Shown here piece by piece: positions 27,168-37,248 of a DNA stretch of 64,000 nucleotides. Made by a program: the position numbers and the translations under genes. Location of the stretch: the IMG/VR virus record IMGVR_UViG_3300045988_170943, positions 192,001 through 256,000 of that record; one strand, written 5' to 3'. Numbering within the stretch: position 1 is the first letter of the stretch; the number at the start of each line of letters is the position of its first letter. This DNA is from a virus. The notes under the pieces were generated by a model. It was given only the letters and a program-made list of their open reading frames with translations. It made no database searches and was not told where the DNA came from.

Positions 27168-28679
27168 ATGAAGGTAGCAGTAGGACAGATCAACCCGCTC
27201 ACTGGGGACTGGGATGGCAACGCGGACAGGATTATTGCTGCTGCCAGCAGTATAGATCAGGCGTGGTTCCGTGGCAGCGAGCCGGTTCTTGTGCTCCCAA
27301 GGTTCGCTCTATCTGGCACAGGGTTGGGTGACATGACTGGTAGTCCTGACATGGTGAAGGGTATGCGGGCCGCTGAGACGAAGATTGCCGTCAGCGTGCC
27401 CGCGTGGTTGACAGTTGTCTATGGGACTGTGAGCCCGCTGGGTGTTGAAGAGGTCATTGTGGCCCGTGCGGGGGTGGTGAAGCGTCTGGCGGGTGATGGA
27501 ACATCGAATCTGGTGTCACTGGGTGAGGACTGGGTTCAGATCGTTCTGGAGGGGAAGGGGGTCAACTACAAGGATGTGACAGAGGAGAACCTTATTGTTC
27601 TGGCTGCTGATCCTTACACGCCTGATGCCATTGGGGAGCGTGTGAAACGGGTGGATGATCTCATGTGGGCGACCTGGTGCCGTAATGCTGTCTATGTGAA
27701 TCTTGTGGGTGGTCAGGATGAACTTGTCTATGATGGTATGTCCCTGATTATGGACCGTAATGGGGCGGTCGTGGATCATCTGCCGCGTTTTGAGGAGGAG
27801 GTCAGGTTTGTGGACACTGACGCCTTGGTTGCGGGTAGACGCTGCGATCTGGCCCGTGATGAGGTTGCTGACACGTACCGGGCTATCGTCCTGGGTGTTC
27901 GGGACTATGCTCGACGTAACCAGATGGGGAAGGTGGTGCTTGGTGCTTCTGGTGGTATCGACAGCGCCTTGGTTCTGACGATTGCTGCTGACGCCATTGG
28001 GGCGGAGAATGTGATCGGTATCTCTATGCCTAGCGAGTATTCTTCCCAGCACTCCCAGGATGATGCGGAGGAGTTGATGCGCCGTTTGGAGGGTGAGTTC
28101 CGTAAGGTGCCTATCGCCCCGATGGTTGACGTCTTCCAGGATGCGCTCGCACTGGACGGGGTTGCTGAGGAGAACCTTCAGGCTCGTGTGCGTGGCGTCA
28201 TTGTGATGGGGGTTGCAAACACGGAGAACGCCCTGCTGCTAGAGCCTGGTAACGCCTCAGAAGCGGCCGTGGGGTATGCGACGATCTATGGTGACACGGT
28301 TGGGGGTTACGCTCCAATCAGTGACGTGTACAAGACGGATGTGTACCGGCTGGCGGCCTGGAGGAATACGCTCCCTGACTCGCCAATCCCTGAGTCAACG
28401 ATGATGAAGGCCCCAAGTGCGGAACTGCGCCCTGGGCAGGTGGACTCTGACTCTCTGCCGGACTATGAGGTACTGGATGCTGTACTGCGGGACATGTTTG
28501 AGGGCGGGCTGGAGTTTGACCGTGACGCCTTGTACGCCCACCATGATAAGGATGTGGTTGACTTGGTGCTGTGGAAGGTGCGTACCGCTGAGTGGAAACG
28601 TCGCCAGACAGCGTTCGGCCCTAGAGTGTCATCGTACTCGTTCGCCCACGACCGGCGAGTACCAGTGAGTCGAGCGTGA
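27168..28679 (+). CDS. nadE: NAD+ synthetase with an N-terminal nitrilase/CN-hydrolase-like domain.
   Basis: PP-loop VVLGASGGIDSALV, which is the SGGxDS motif. Confidence 0.8.
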   Translation: MKVAVGQINPLTGDWDGNADRIIAAASSIDQAWFRGSEPVLVLPRFALSGTGLGDMTGSPDMVKGMRAAETKIAVSVPAWLTVVYGTVSPLGVEEVIVARAGVVKRLAGDGTSNLVSLGEDWVQIVLEGKGVNYKDVTEENLIVLAADPYTPDAIGERVKRVDDLMWATWCRNAVYVNLVGGQDELVYDGMSLIMDRNGAVVDHLPRFEEEVRFVDTDALVAGRRCDLARDEVADTYRAIVLGVRDYARRNQMGKVVLGASGGIDSALVLTIAADAIGAENVIGISMPSEYSSQHSQDDAEELMRRLEGEFRKVPIAPMVDVFQDALALDGVAEENLQARVRGVIVMGVANTENALLLEPGNASEAAVGYATIYGDTVGGYAPISDVYKTDVYRLAAWRNTLPDSPIPESTMMKAPSAELRPGQVDSDSLPDYEVLDAVLRDMFEGGLEFDRDALYAHHDKDVVDLVLWKVRTAEWKRRQTAFGPRVSSYSFAHDRRVPVSRA

Positions 28680-28789
28680 GTGCCATGGAACCTATAAAAC
28701 CAGCAAAAGCGACCACATGGCAGAAACCAGTGAAAGGCCCTGGGGAGACAACACCTGGGCAGAGAATCTACAACAAGGGAGACGAGCAC

Positions 28790-29416
28790 ATGAGTGTACA
28801 GAACAGCAGGAAGACCGGGCGAGCACTGATCGTCGTTGACGTCCAGAACGACTTCGTGGAGGGCGGTGCGCTCGCCGTCACCGGAGGCAATGACCTGGCG
28901 GCACGTATCGCCGTCCTCTTGAAGGACCCAGATTTCATGGGACGCTACGATCAGATCATCCTCACCCGCGACTGGCACATCGACCCCGGCAGCCACTTCT
29001 CTGACTCCCCAGACTACGTTAAATCCTGGCCTGTTCACTGCGTCGCCGGGACACCTGGGGCAGCCTTCGTTGACCCTCTTGAGCAGGCCCGCCACGGCAT
29101 CAAGGTCACCATTGTAGACAAGGGTATGTTTGACGACGCCTACTCCGGGTTTCAGGGCATCACCTCTTTCAGTACGCCACTGGCAGGGTTCCTTCGTAGC
29201 AGGGGCGTCAAGGCTGTGGATGTTGTGGGTATCGCCACTGACTACTGCGTGAAAGCAACCGCCCTGGACGCAGCGCGCGAGGGGTTCGACACCACTGTCA
29301 TCGCCAGCCTGTGTGTTGGCATCAACCCGGACAGCATCACACAGGCCCTAAAGGTGGACCTGCCAGCCGCCGGAGTGAACGTCACGGACACCATTCCAAC
29401 TGAGGGCGCGGTATGA
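28790..29416 (+). CDS. pncA: Nicotinamidase/pyrazinamidase of the isochorismatase family.
   Basis: LIVVDVQNDF and ATDYCV are typical of PncA. RBS AAGGGA precedes the ATG at 28790. Confidence 0.75.
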   Translation: MSVQNSRKTGRALIVVDVQNDFVEGGALAVTGGNDLAARIAVLLKDPDFMGRYDQIILTRDWHIDPGSHFSDSPDYVKSWPVHCVAGTPGAAFVDPLEQARHGIKVTIVDKGMFDDAYSGFQGITSFSTPLAGFLRSRGVKAVDVVGIATDYCVKATALDAAREGFDTTVIASLCVGINPDSITQALKVDLPAAGVNVTDTIPTEGAV

Positions 29417-30240
29417 CAGGATCCCAGCCAGTGGTGTACAATCAGAACAGGCCAACAGCAGAAGGATCACACATGAGTAACCTTGACTACGAGCAGGCAG
29501 ATACGGAAGAGGAGTTCCTGAAGGAATACGACCTCAAGAACTTCCCCAGCGTGGGTTTAACGGTGGACCTTCTCATCTTCACTATCCGTGACGGACGACT
29601 GTCCCTGCTGCTCATCCGCCGTGGGGCCCACCCAGAGAAGGGTAAGTGGGCTCTACCAGGCGGGTTCGTGAATACCACAGAATCGTTGGATGAGGCGGCA
29701 GCCCGCGAACTCACGGAAGAGACAGGCCTGGAGATGGCTGGGTACCTGGAGCAGTTACGCACCTATGGGTACCCTGGGCGTGACAAGAGGGGTTTCATCG
29801 CCTCCACCGCATATGTGGCCCTCGTCCCAAATGCCAGCACTCCGCACGCTGGCGACGACGCGGCAGATGCCCACTTCTTCGCTGTCGAGGATGTTCTGGG
29901 TGACGAGGATGGTGTGGAGTTCGATCTCGCGTTTGATCACCGCGACATCATAGTGGATGGCCTGGAGCGGGTGCGCGCAAAGATCGAGTACGCGCCCGTT
30001 GCACACAAGTTCCTCTCTGGGGAGACGTTCACTATCCCAGAGATCCGTAAGGTGTACGAGATCATCTGGGGGCGGGAACTGAACGCCTCGAACTTCCGGC
30101 GTAAGATGCTGTCTACACCAGGTCTGCTGGAGTCGGTGGGTGAGAAGAACCGGGATAACCCATGGCGTCCCTCTCACCTGTATCGGGCCGGTGAGGCGAC
30201 CGAGATCTTCCCGCCTCTTCAACGTAACCGCATCAAGTGA
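29413..30240 (+). CDS. nrtR: NrtR, the Nudix-related transcriptional regulator of NAD metabolism. A Nudix domain is followed by a C-terminal winged HTH.
   Basis: Nudix box GGFVNTTESLDEAAARELTEETGL. C-terminus FTIPEIRKVYEIIWGRELNASNFRRKMLSTPGLLESVGEK...PSHLYR matches the NrtR wHTH pattern. ATGA overlap with the pncA stop. Confidence 0.7.
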   Translation: MTGSQPVVYNQNRPTAEGSHMSNLDYEQADTEEEFLKEYDLKNFPSVGLTVDLLIFTIRDGRLSLLLIRRGAHPEKGKWALPGGFVNTTESLDEAAARELTEETGLEMAGYLEQLRTYGYPGRDKRGFIASTAYVALVPNASTPHAGDDAADAHFFAVEDVLGDEDGVEFDLAFDHRDIIVDGLERVRAKIEYAPVAHKFLSGETFTIPEIRKVYEIIWGRELNASNFRRKMLSTPGLLESVGEKNRDNPWRPSHLYRAGEATEIFPPLQRNRIK

Positions 30241-30270
30241 TCTGAGAGGCCATAGCGAGTACAGAATCGG

Positions 30271-30320
30271 GTGGGCCGCATTGGTAGCATCATCTACTAC
30301 CAATGCGGCCCACTTTCCGT
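30271..30320. terminator. Strong hairpin terminator. 17-bp stem gtgggccgcattggtag / ctaccaatgcggcccac.
   Basis: Read directly after the nrtR stop. Confidence 0.65.
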
Positions 30321-30577
30321 TGTCCTGTTACTCCACCCACACCTGGACCTTATCAACATCTGTGGATAAACCTGTGGACGGTTTCATGTAAGGTGTCCGT
30401 CACCAGTAGACACACTCAGGCACAGGAATAGTTCGAGGAGCGCTGTTCACCTGATGCGGTAGTAGTGGCCTACATTCACATGATCGCGCATGGCACTCAC
30501 CGCGAGTCCCAGAGACGACACCGCTGACTCCGCAACCAGAGCCCCCATTGTAAATGCCCAGATGAAGTCAGTCACAG

Positions 30578-31339
30578 TCACGACCCGCTCACCTCGTTCC
30601 TCATTATCTCGGCCATGTGTTCCAGGATCAGCCCCACCGGCCCTGTCACCTCATCCTCATCATTGCGGACAACCAGGTCGAAACAGTGATCATCCAGGGC
30701 TGTCTCGGAGGCATGTGACTGCATGTGGTGGTAGTACCAAGGCGGTGCTGGTGGCTGCCCTGGACGGTCCCTGGCGTCGAGGCGGGCGTTACGGACGTGA
30801 ATGTCCGCCTCGATACGAACTAGTGTCCCGCTGTTGTTCCTGATGTAGGCGGCCTCGTCTGGGAAGCGCACGTCGGTCACCACCACTGAGTCCCCGCCAG
30901 TCATGATTCTGTCTACCTCTTGGGCCAGCAGGTCGATCCAGTATGACGGGTTGCTGGCTTTGCGGACGTTCGTGCCCCAGTATTGGAATGCTTCACGTCG
31001 CCTAGATGTCTTCTCCCCGTTCAAGACCATCTCTCGCCCGTTCTCCAGTACGTCCAGGAAGATGGTGTCTGCGATGTGTGTCGCCTCGTCCTGTGTGCAT
31101 CCTGTGGCTGCCATGATGTCCTTGGCTGCGTCGCCTGGGTCGAAGTCGTGCTGGTCCATGATCTGAATCAGATGGGAGACCTCGTTCTTGAGTCCTGCCG
31201 CGAAAGATACTGTGGCGGTGCTGGTCTTATGGGGTAGACGTGGTGCCAGGTGTGTGGCCACTGTGTCCTTACCGGCTGCCATCTTTCCAGACAGTCCGAT
31301 CAGGACAGGGGTCTTCTCTTGTGTGGGGGTGTCTGTCAT
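30578..31339 (-). CDS. P-loop kinase, dNMP-kinase-like.
   Basis: Walker A GLSGKMAAGKDT. VVVTDVRFPDEAAYI resembles the DVRFPNE block of phage deoxynucleotide monophosphate kinases. Start set at the internal ATG at 31339 (MTDTPTQEK). Confidence 0.45.
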   Translation of the reverse strand: MTDTPTQEKTPVLIGLSGKMAAGKDTVATHLAPRLPHKTSTATVSFAAGLKNEVSHLIQIMDQHDFDPGDAAKDIMAATGCTQDEATHIADTIFLDVLENGREMVLNGEKTSRRREAFQYWGTNVRKASNPSYWIDLLAQEVDRIMTGGDSVVVTDVRFPDEAAYIRNNSGTLVRIEADIHVRNARLDARDRPGQPPAPPWYYHHMQSHASETALDDHCFDLVVRNDEDEVTGPVGLILEHMAEIMRNEVSGS

Positions 31340-32226
31340 ATGTTTGTCTTTGTTGTGCTTGTACCTGTAGGGCGCGACCAATCGTATCACAGTCTGGGCT
31401 GAGGTGCCACATCGTGATAGGGAGGGGCGGGTCTCGTCTGGTTTCTGTGGGGCGTCAGTTGTGGCACTCTGTGCTATGCTGCTGCGTGTCGGTACGGCTG
31501 AGTTCGCTTGCGTGCTGAAACCCGGCACGTACATCTACTTTTCGTTGCTATTGCAACATAAGCCTCGTGCACATAAGGTCGTGTACGCTAGTCTCGTCCT
31601 TGCGGTTAGGGGAACCTAATCTGAGAGGGTCATGTCTCGCTCTCCTCCTCGCCGTAACAAACCGGTCTTTGAGGCTTGGTTCGTTGCGACGGTAAGGGAA
31701 CGTCGCCGTGCGTAAGGTTGACTCAATCAGTGTGATCCTGTGCAGGTAACAGGGTTTTGAGCGTACACCATATGAAAAAGAGATCTTGTATATAAGAGTA
31801 CGCTGCACGGGCAACTCATTATTCTGACTCACCACTTTCTCGCCCACTTCCCGCAAGTACCTCCAGCCCACACACTCAGAGGCCTCTGCACCCGTCTAGA
31901 GTGGTTCCAGGAGGGAGTTCTGCATCGAGAGGATCCTGGGTGGGCCAACTGGTGGGTGTCCGGGCACTGTAGCCTTGCGGACGGCCTGCTAGCATTCATC
32001 CCACTGGGGGAGTGTGTCACTGCCATGAAATCGTCTCTGTGTGGCCTACATGGCTTCTGAGGGGTGGCTCAGGTTCCCAGTGGTGTGCCTGCTGTTGCTT
32101 GGTGATGGTCGAGGTGGGGTCGTCTGTCTCCTATGCCTGGTGGTGGCCGATCTTGATGTGGTTAGTCCGGCAAAGTGCCCCTACAGGGTTTGGGTCGGTT
32201 ACCAGTACAGGAAGCAAGGTGTCACT

Positions 32227-33036
32227 ATGGCGGTTCTCCCTCCTCCGACGAAGCGTTATCTTTTGGGGCGTCGTCCCACGCATTCGACGACTAAGGTTTT
32301 GACGAGCAACTACAGTCAGCCCGAGTCGGGGAGGATAACCGCGGTACTTCAACAGGGCGGCTACTTGTCGGGAGAGGGTAAGCCGACTAGGAGGGCTCTT
32401 GATGATGGTTTGGTGGATCAGTGTGGTAGGCACCTGATCTGGAATCTTGATCGTGTGTCGCAGTGTCTTGCGACTCAGGGGTGCGAGGTCGTGCGACGGA
32501 GCGTGAATCAGGAGGTTGCGACACCTCGTGGTGGGGGTCCTTCGTGGGTGAACCTGGCTACCATCGGCACCTATTTTAGTGCTTCTGCCCGGCAGGTTGG
32601 TTCTTGGTTGTCTGAGGTTGGGTTGCGTGATGCTCAGGGTGGTCCGACGAGGGAGGCTGTTGATCGGGGCTTGGCAAGTGTGGTTCAGATGAGTGCTGGG
32701 GGTGACCGGACGAGGCCTGTGACGTTGTGGGACCTGTACCTGACTCAGAGGGTTCTTATGGAGTGTGGACATGAACTGGATTTTGATTATGAGAGCACGT
32801 TGAGGGGGACTGGCCGTAATAGTGATGTGACGGTGACTGAGGGGATGGATGCGCGGGTGCGTGAGGTGGCGGGGAGGTTTTTGGCCTTGTTCAGGGATCC
32901 TGGCACTCGTTATCAGTGTGTGCGCCTTGTGGGGACGACTCCTAGGCCTGTGCTTCGTGAGGTTGAGCGTTTGCTGGGGCGGGAGCCTGGGTGGCTCACT
33001 GAGGGGCGTTACAAGGAGCACATCAGGTACCGGTAG
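32227..33036 (+). CDS. Hypothetical protein.
   Basis: ORF with RBS AGGAAGCAAGG. The track ORF starts at 32041 in low-complexity sequence, so the start was moved to the first ATG with an RBS. Confidence 0.35.
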   Translation: MAVLPPPTKRYLLGRRPTHSTTKVLTSNYSQPESGRITAVLQQGGYLSGEGKPTRRALDDGLVDQCGRHLIWNLDRVSQCLATQGCEVVRRSVNQEVATPRGGGPSWVNLATIGTYFSASARQVGSWLSEVGLRDAQGGPTREAVDRGLASVVQMSAGGDRTRPVTLWDLYLTQRVLMECGHELDFDYESTLRGTGRNSDVTVTEGMDARVREVAGRFLALFRDPGTRYQCVRLVGTTPRPVLREVERLLGREPGWLTEGRYKEHIRYR

Positions 33037-33187
33037 GGCTGCTTCCTGACTCGCTGTTGAGGGGGTGGCCCTCCTGGGGTTGCCGAGTATGCGTGTTTGT
33101 GGGTTTTTGCTATGATAGTGTTGGATGCTGGGCTTGTTCTTTCATGTTTGGGCCTGGTTGTATCTTGTTTTCTGTTGCCGATTGTGA

Positions 33188-35326
33188 TTGGTGGTTGTTG
33201 TGGCTGGTTCCCGGTCTTATGATTCGAGTAGTATTCAGGCTTTGTCGCCTCATCAGCACTTGTTGAAGCGTATCTCGTTGACGTTTGGGTCTGAGTCCGG
33301 GGATTCCGGGCACCCGTTTTCCAGCCAGAAGTCAACAGCGATCCGTGAGGTTGTGGATAATGCTGTGGATGAGGTGTCTGCGGGGTTCGGTGACCGGGTG
33401 CGGGTGACGTTCTTTAAGGACGGTAGCGTGCAGGTTGAGGACTCTGGGCGTGGTATCCCTGTGGATTCTTCTCTGGACGCGAATGGTCGCATGGTGTCTG
33501 GGGTGTTCAAGGCCTTGGGGATCATCCAGTCTGGCGGTAAGTTCGGTGGCTCTGGGTTCTCGGCCGGTTTGAATGGGGTTGGGGCTGCGTCAACGAACCA
33601 CTTGTCGCGGCGTATGGATGTGTCGGTGTTCCGTGACGGTAAGTGCCACAGGGTGTCGTTTCGGGATGGGGTGCCGGGTTTCTTTGACGTTGAGGGCGAC
33701 CCGGACGCTGGTTTCACGGAGTTGGGTGACTATGCTCACCTGGAGGTCAGTGAGGACAGGCGGCCCAGGGGCGAGCGTGACCTGTTTCCGACGGGTACGA
33801 CGATCCGCCTGTGGCTGCGTGACGAGGTGTTTCAGTCTCCGTACCCGGTTGATGTGGATGACCTGGTGGAGCGGCTTCGTAGTACCGCCTACCTGATCCC
33901 TGGTATCTGGGTGGAGGTCGTCAATGAGCACCGGCAGGTGAAGGATCCTGAGACCGGGGCGGTGGGGCCTCAGCGTGAAGTGTTTCATTTTGAGGATGGC
34001 CTGGTGGATCTGGCGTCCGCTAACCTGTCGTCAGCCCCGATCTGTGACCCGGTGCACGTGTCCTGTGAGGGCCGGTACATGGAGCGGAACGTACCCGTGG
34101 TGAAGGATGACGGGACTGTGGCTCATGAGGACGTGGAGCGTACCGTACCGGTCGAGGCGGTCATGGTGTGGGGGGACGGTTTCGAGGGGCATGTGGCATC
34201 GTTCGTGAACACGATCCACACGAAACTGGGGGGCGTGCACGAGGATGCTTTCGCTAAGGCGGTAGTGGCGGCCTTCGGTGAGAAACTGGCGTCAGTGCGG
34301 GGACTGATGACCCGAAAGGACTCCTTGCCGATTTGGGAGGACTACCTGGAGGGCCTGTCGCTGGTCCTGTCGGTGAGGGTTTCTGAGCCGTCTTTCACGT
34401 CGCAGACGAAGGAGCAACTGGGGGGCACTGCTGTGCGTAAGGCCATCCAGGAGGCTGCGACCGAGGCACTGGCGGCATGGGTGGGGCAGCGCGCTAACAG
34501 TGAGGCCGTGCAGATCATTGGCCGTAAGGTCGTGGAGGCCGCTAGGGCCAGGGTTCGGGCGAAGGAGCGTCGGGATGCTGCCCGCACGAAGTCGCAGATC
34601 AGTGGCCTGTCCCTGCCGTCGAAACTGGTGGACTGTGAACTGGCCGGTACCGATGAGGCATCACTGTACATCTGTGAGGGTAACTCGGCCCTGTCCTCCC
34701 TGAAGGCCGCCAGGGATGGTCGTGTGGACGCTATCTTGCCGATCCGGGGGAAGATCATTGAGGCGTCCTCGAACAGCATGTCGAAGGTGCTGGCGAACAG
34801 TGAGGTGCAAGACATCATCAAGACTCTGGGCGCGGGGTACGGGGATGACTTCGACATTGACCGGATGAGGTACGCGCGTGTCCTCATCGCGGTGGACGCT
34901 GACCCTGACGGTAACAGCATCGCCTGCCTGATCTACTCTCTGTTCTGGCATCTTTTCCGTCCTGTTGTGGAGGAGGGGCGCCTGTTCAAGATTGAGACCC
35001 CACTGTTCTCTATCGCCACCCGTGAGGGGCGCAACTCCCGTAAGGTGTACGCTCGTGACGATGCGGAGCGGGATGAGCGGATGCGTGAACTCGATGAGGC
35101 GGGTGTGAAGTATGATGTGTCACGCCTCAAGGGGCTCGGTGAGGTTGAGGCCGACATCCTTGAAGAGACTGCTATCGACCCCGCCACGAGGGTGCTCACA
35201 CAGATAACCCTCCCGGACATTGGTGCGGCCGAGTCTGCTCTGAGTCTCCTGTTCGGTAAGAGCCAGACGGATGCTCGTAAGGAGTGGATGACAGGTGAGC
35301 GGGTTGACGAGGAGGACCTGATCTAA
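33188..35326 (+). CDS. Type IIA topoisomerase ATPase/TOPRIM subunit (GyrB/ParE/T4 gp39-like).
   Basis: YDSSSIQAL N-terminus. Bergerat box EVVDNAVDE. GRGIP. GGKFGG. TOPRIM YICEGNSA and AVDADPDG. Tail PIRGKII...LFKIETPLFS. Confidence 0.8.
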   Translation: MVVVVAGSRSYDSSSIQALSPHQHLLKRISLTFGSESGDSGHPFSSQKSTAIREVVDNAVDEVSAGFGDRVRVTFFKDGSVQVEDSGRGIPVDSSLDANGRMVSGVFKALGIIQSGGKFGGSGFSAGLNGVGAASTNHLSRRMDVSVFRDGKCHRVSFRDGVPGFFDVEGDPDAGFTELGDYAHLEVSEDRRPRGERDLFPTGTTIRLWLRDEVFQSPYPVDVDDLVERLRSTAYLIPGIWVEVVNEHRQVKDPETGAVGPQREVFHFEDGLVDLASANLSSAPICDPVHVSCEGRYMERNVPVVKDDGTVAHEDVERTVPVEAVMVWGDGFEGHVASFVNTIHTKLGGVHEDAFAKAVVAAFGEKLASVRGLMTRKDSLPIWEDYLEGLSLVLSVRVSEPSFTSQTKEQLGGTAVRKAIQEAATEALAAWVGQRANSEAVQIIGRKVVEAARARVRAKERRDAARTKSQISGLSLPSKLVDCELAGTDEASLYICEGNSALSSLKAARDGRVDAILPIRGKIIEASSNSMSKVLANSEVQDIIKTLGAGYGDDFDIDRMRYARVLIAVDADPDGNSIACLIYSLFWHLFRPVVEEGRLFKIETPLFSIATREGRNSRKVYARDDAERDERMRELDEAGVKYDVSRLKGLGEVEADILEETAIDPATRVLTQITLPDIGAAESALSLLFGKSQTDARKEWMTGERVDEEDLI

Positions 35327-35346
35327 ACCGCCCACCCCCCCTGGGC

Positions 35347-35393
35347 GACTCCCACCGGTCGAAACAATCGGTGGGAGTTTTGTTGTCTTTTTC
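35347..35393 (+). terminator. Rho-independent terminator. Stem gactcccaccg / cggtgggagt, followed by tttgttgtcttttt.
   Basis: Read directly after the stop at 35326. Confidence 0.6.
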
Positions 35394-35578
35394 ACTCTTC
35401 CGCGGGTTCTGATGTGGCCATTTCTTCATGCGGACCAGAGTGTAATAGGCGCCGCTCTGAGGTCACACAGGGTGATGTTGTTTAGATAACCAAGAGAATC
35501 AATATTTAACTCGGTTAGAACCTGATTAACCACGTTTCCCCTGCAATCTTTCTGTCTTCATTCTTTAGGGCGGTCCCC

Positions 35579-36901
35579 ATGTACTGGCACATCAACACCA
35601 ACAAGGGCAACATTGTGGAGCCATGCGGCCGAACAACTGGCAGGTGCCATTTCATTGAGCACTACCCATCCGAGGAGGAAGCCAGAATCGCGTCTGCTGC
35701 TATGAGACGCAAGAATGACTGGAAGACCCTCATGGCCCAGTACAAGCGCGCCGAGAGGGCGTCAGAGAGACGCATGGTGGTGCCAACGAACCGGTACAAC
35801 CCGTTCCTAGATGACGGAATGGTCGGTGCGTGGCGGAAACTGGATGCGCTGGAAGCAGAAGGATTCTCACCCCAGTGGCAGTCATACAGGATCCCGATCA
35901 TCTACCCCGGCTGGGAGAAGGACGACAAGATCCTCTACCTTGAGCGCACCCCGTACACAGACACGGCGGACGGGACCGTGGAGAACAAGTACAGGATCGT
36001 CGCCTATGACAAACTACACGAGGAGGAGATGACGGTAGACGTGGATCCTTTCGACTTCGAGGAGACACTGAAACTTCAGATGAACTCCTCTGGCCTGTCA
36101 CGCCGCCATGACGCACCCCCTGAGGAGCAGGAGGCGGCACGTAGAGCGGCTGCGAACGCCATCATAGACGCCCGGTTGCAGGCGGAAGACCAGGTGTGCA
36201 CGGACTTCTCCGGCTACTGCGCACCCAGTGATAGTGTGGAGCGTGAACTCTACGAGAACAGGCTCCCAAGCAACCACTACTATATTGGCGACAACCCGAG
36301 CCACTACCCGTACAACCATGGGGACGTGGCCATGTCGTTCTTCCGCCACCCTGACCCGTTCAGGGTGGGTGACTTCAACCTGGCGAACACGCTAGCACGC
36401 CCTAGCCTGCTCCGACGGTTCATGCTCACTGACGACCAGGCGTCCAACGTCGGGTTTGGGACTCGCCCACGCATAGGGTTCTCCTGGACGAACGACGAGG
36501 CGGGCACGTCGAAGGCCAGTTGGACCTTGAAGTACGCGCCACCGTTCCGTCAGGGCAGCCAGACACCGTGGTCAATGATTACCAGGGAGGCTGACGGTAC
36601 CGTGAAGGAGACACCGATCACTGACCCTGAGGACGCCGCAATGCGTCTGGCCGTGTTCAATCGGGACCACATGCCTCATGGGGCCGGTGTCAACACTGAG
36701 GATCATGTGAGACAGTGGGTGAAGTCAACTATCCGTGAGATTGACGAGATCGCTGAGGAGGCGAGGGTTCTGCGCGAGAGGAACACCGCCAGGCACAGCG
36801 CCAGCCTGGAGGAGGAGTACGGCCTTGGTAGCAGTGGTGGCGAAGCGGGCAGTAAGCGCGGGAGAGGGTTCCTGGGCAGGGTGCGATCCCTCATGGGGTG
36901 A
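35579..36901 (+). CDS. Hypothetical protein with the shared N-terminal Cys module (EPCGRTTGRCHF...EEEA).
   Basis: N-terminal alignment with ORFs 23631(-) and 44192. The rest is unknown. Confidence 0.45.
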   Translation: MYWHINTNKGNIVEPCGRTTGRCHFIEHYPSEEEARIASAAMRRKNDWKTLMAQYKRAERASERRMVVPTNRYNPFLDDGMVGAWRKLDALEAEGFSPQWQSYRIPIIYPGWEKDDKILYLERTPYTDTADGTVENKYRIVAYDKLHEEEMTVDVDPFDFEETLKLQMNSSGLSRRHDAPPEEQEAARRAAANAIIDARLQAEDQVCTDFSGYCAPSDSVERELYENRLPSNHYYIGDNPSHYPYNHGDVAMSFFRHPDPFRVGDFNLANTLARPSLLRRFMLTDDQASNVGFGTRPRIGFSWTNDEAGTSKASWTLKYAPPFRQGSQTPWSMITREADGTVKETPITDPEDAAMRLAVFNRDHMPHGAGVNTEDHVRQWVKSTIREIDEIAEEARVLRERNTARHSASLEEEYGLGSSGGEAGSKRGRGFLGRVRSLMG

Positions 36902-37248
36902 CCCTGCTGCGAGTCATTGCTGGTCGCTGATGATCCTTCGTACTCCTGCCGTTTCACTTCAGGTGGCGGCATTGTTGCGCACATTTTTGGTGGGTGTGTC
37001 GCTCATTTTTGGGGGTGGCGGCAGTGGGGTTGGTACCCTCATGGGTGTGTGTAGAGCGTGGCTGCGTGATTGAGTGCGTTAGATAGGGTTGTGTTGGTGG
37101 GCCTGGGTGTGGTACCCTTTCCCCCAGCAACCACAAGGTCACAGCATGGTCACATAGTGTGATATACTATGCGCGACCACACGGTAGATTAACACGGTTA
37201 AAGTATTAGAAAACGTTAGGCCAAAAGGGAAAGAGGGGCAACACGCAA

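Noticed and set aside
31340-32226. tRNA or tmRNA genes in the long non-coding stretch.
   Set aside because: No GTTCRANYC T-loop or cloverleaf-compatible segments were seen by eye. This needs a tRNAscan-SE/ARAGORN run to be definitive.
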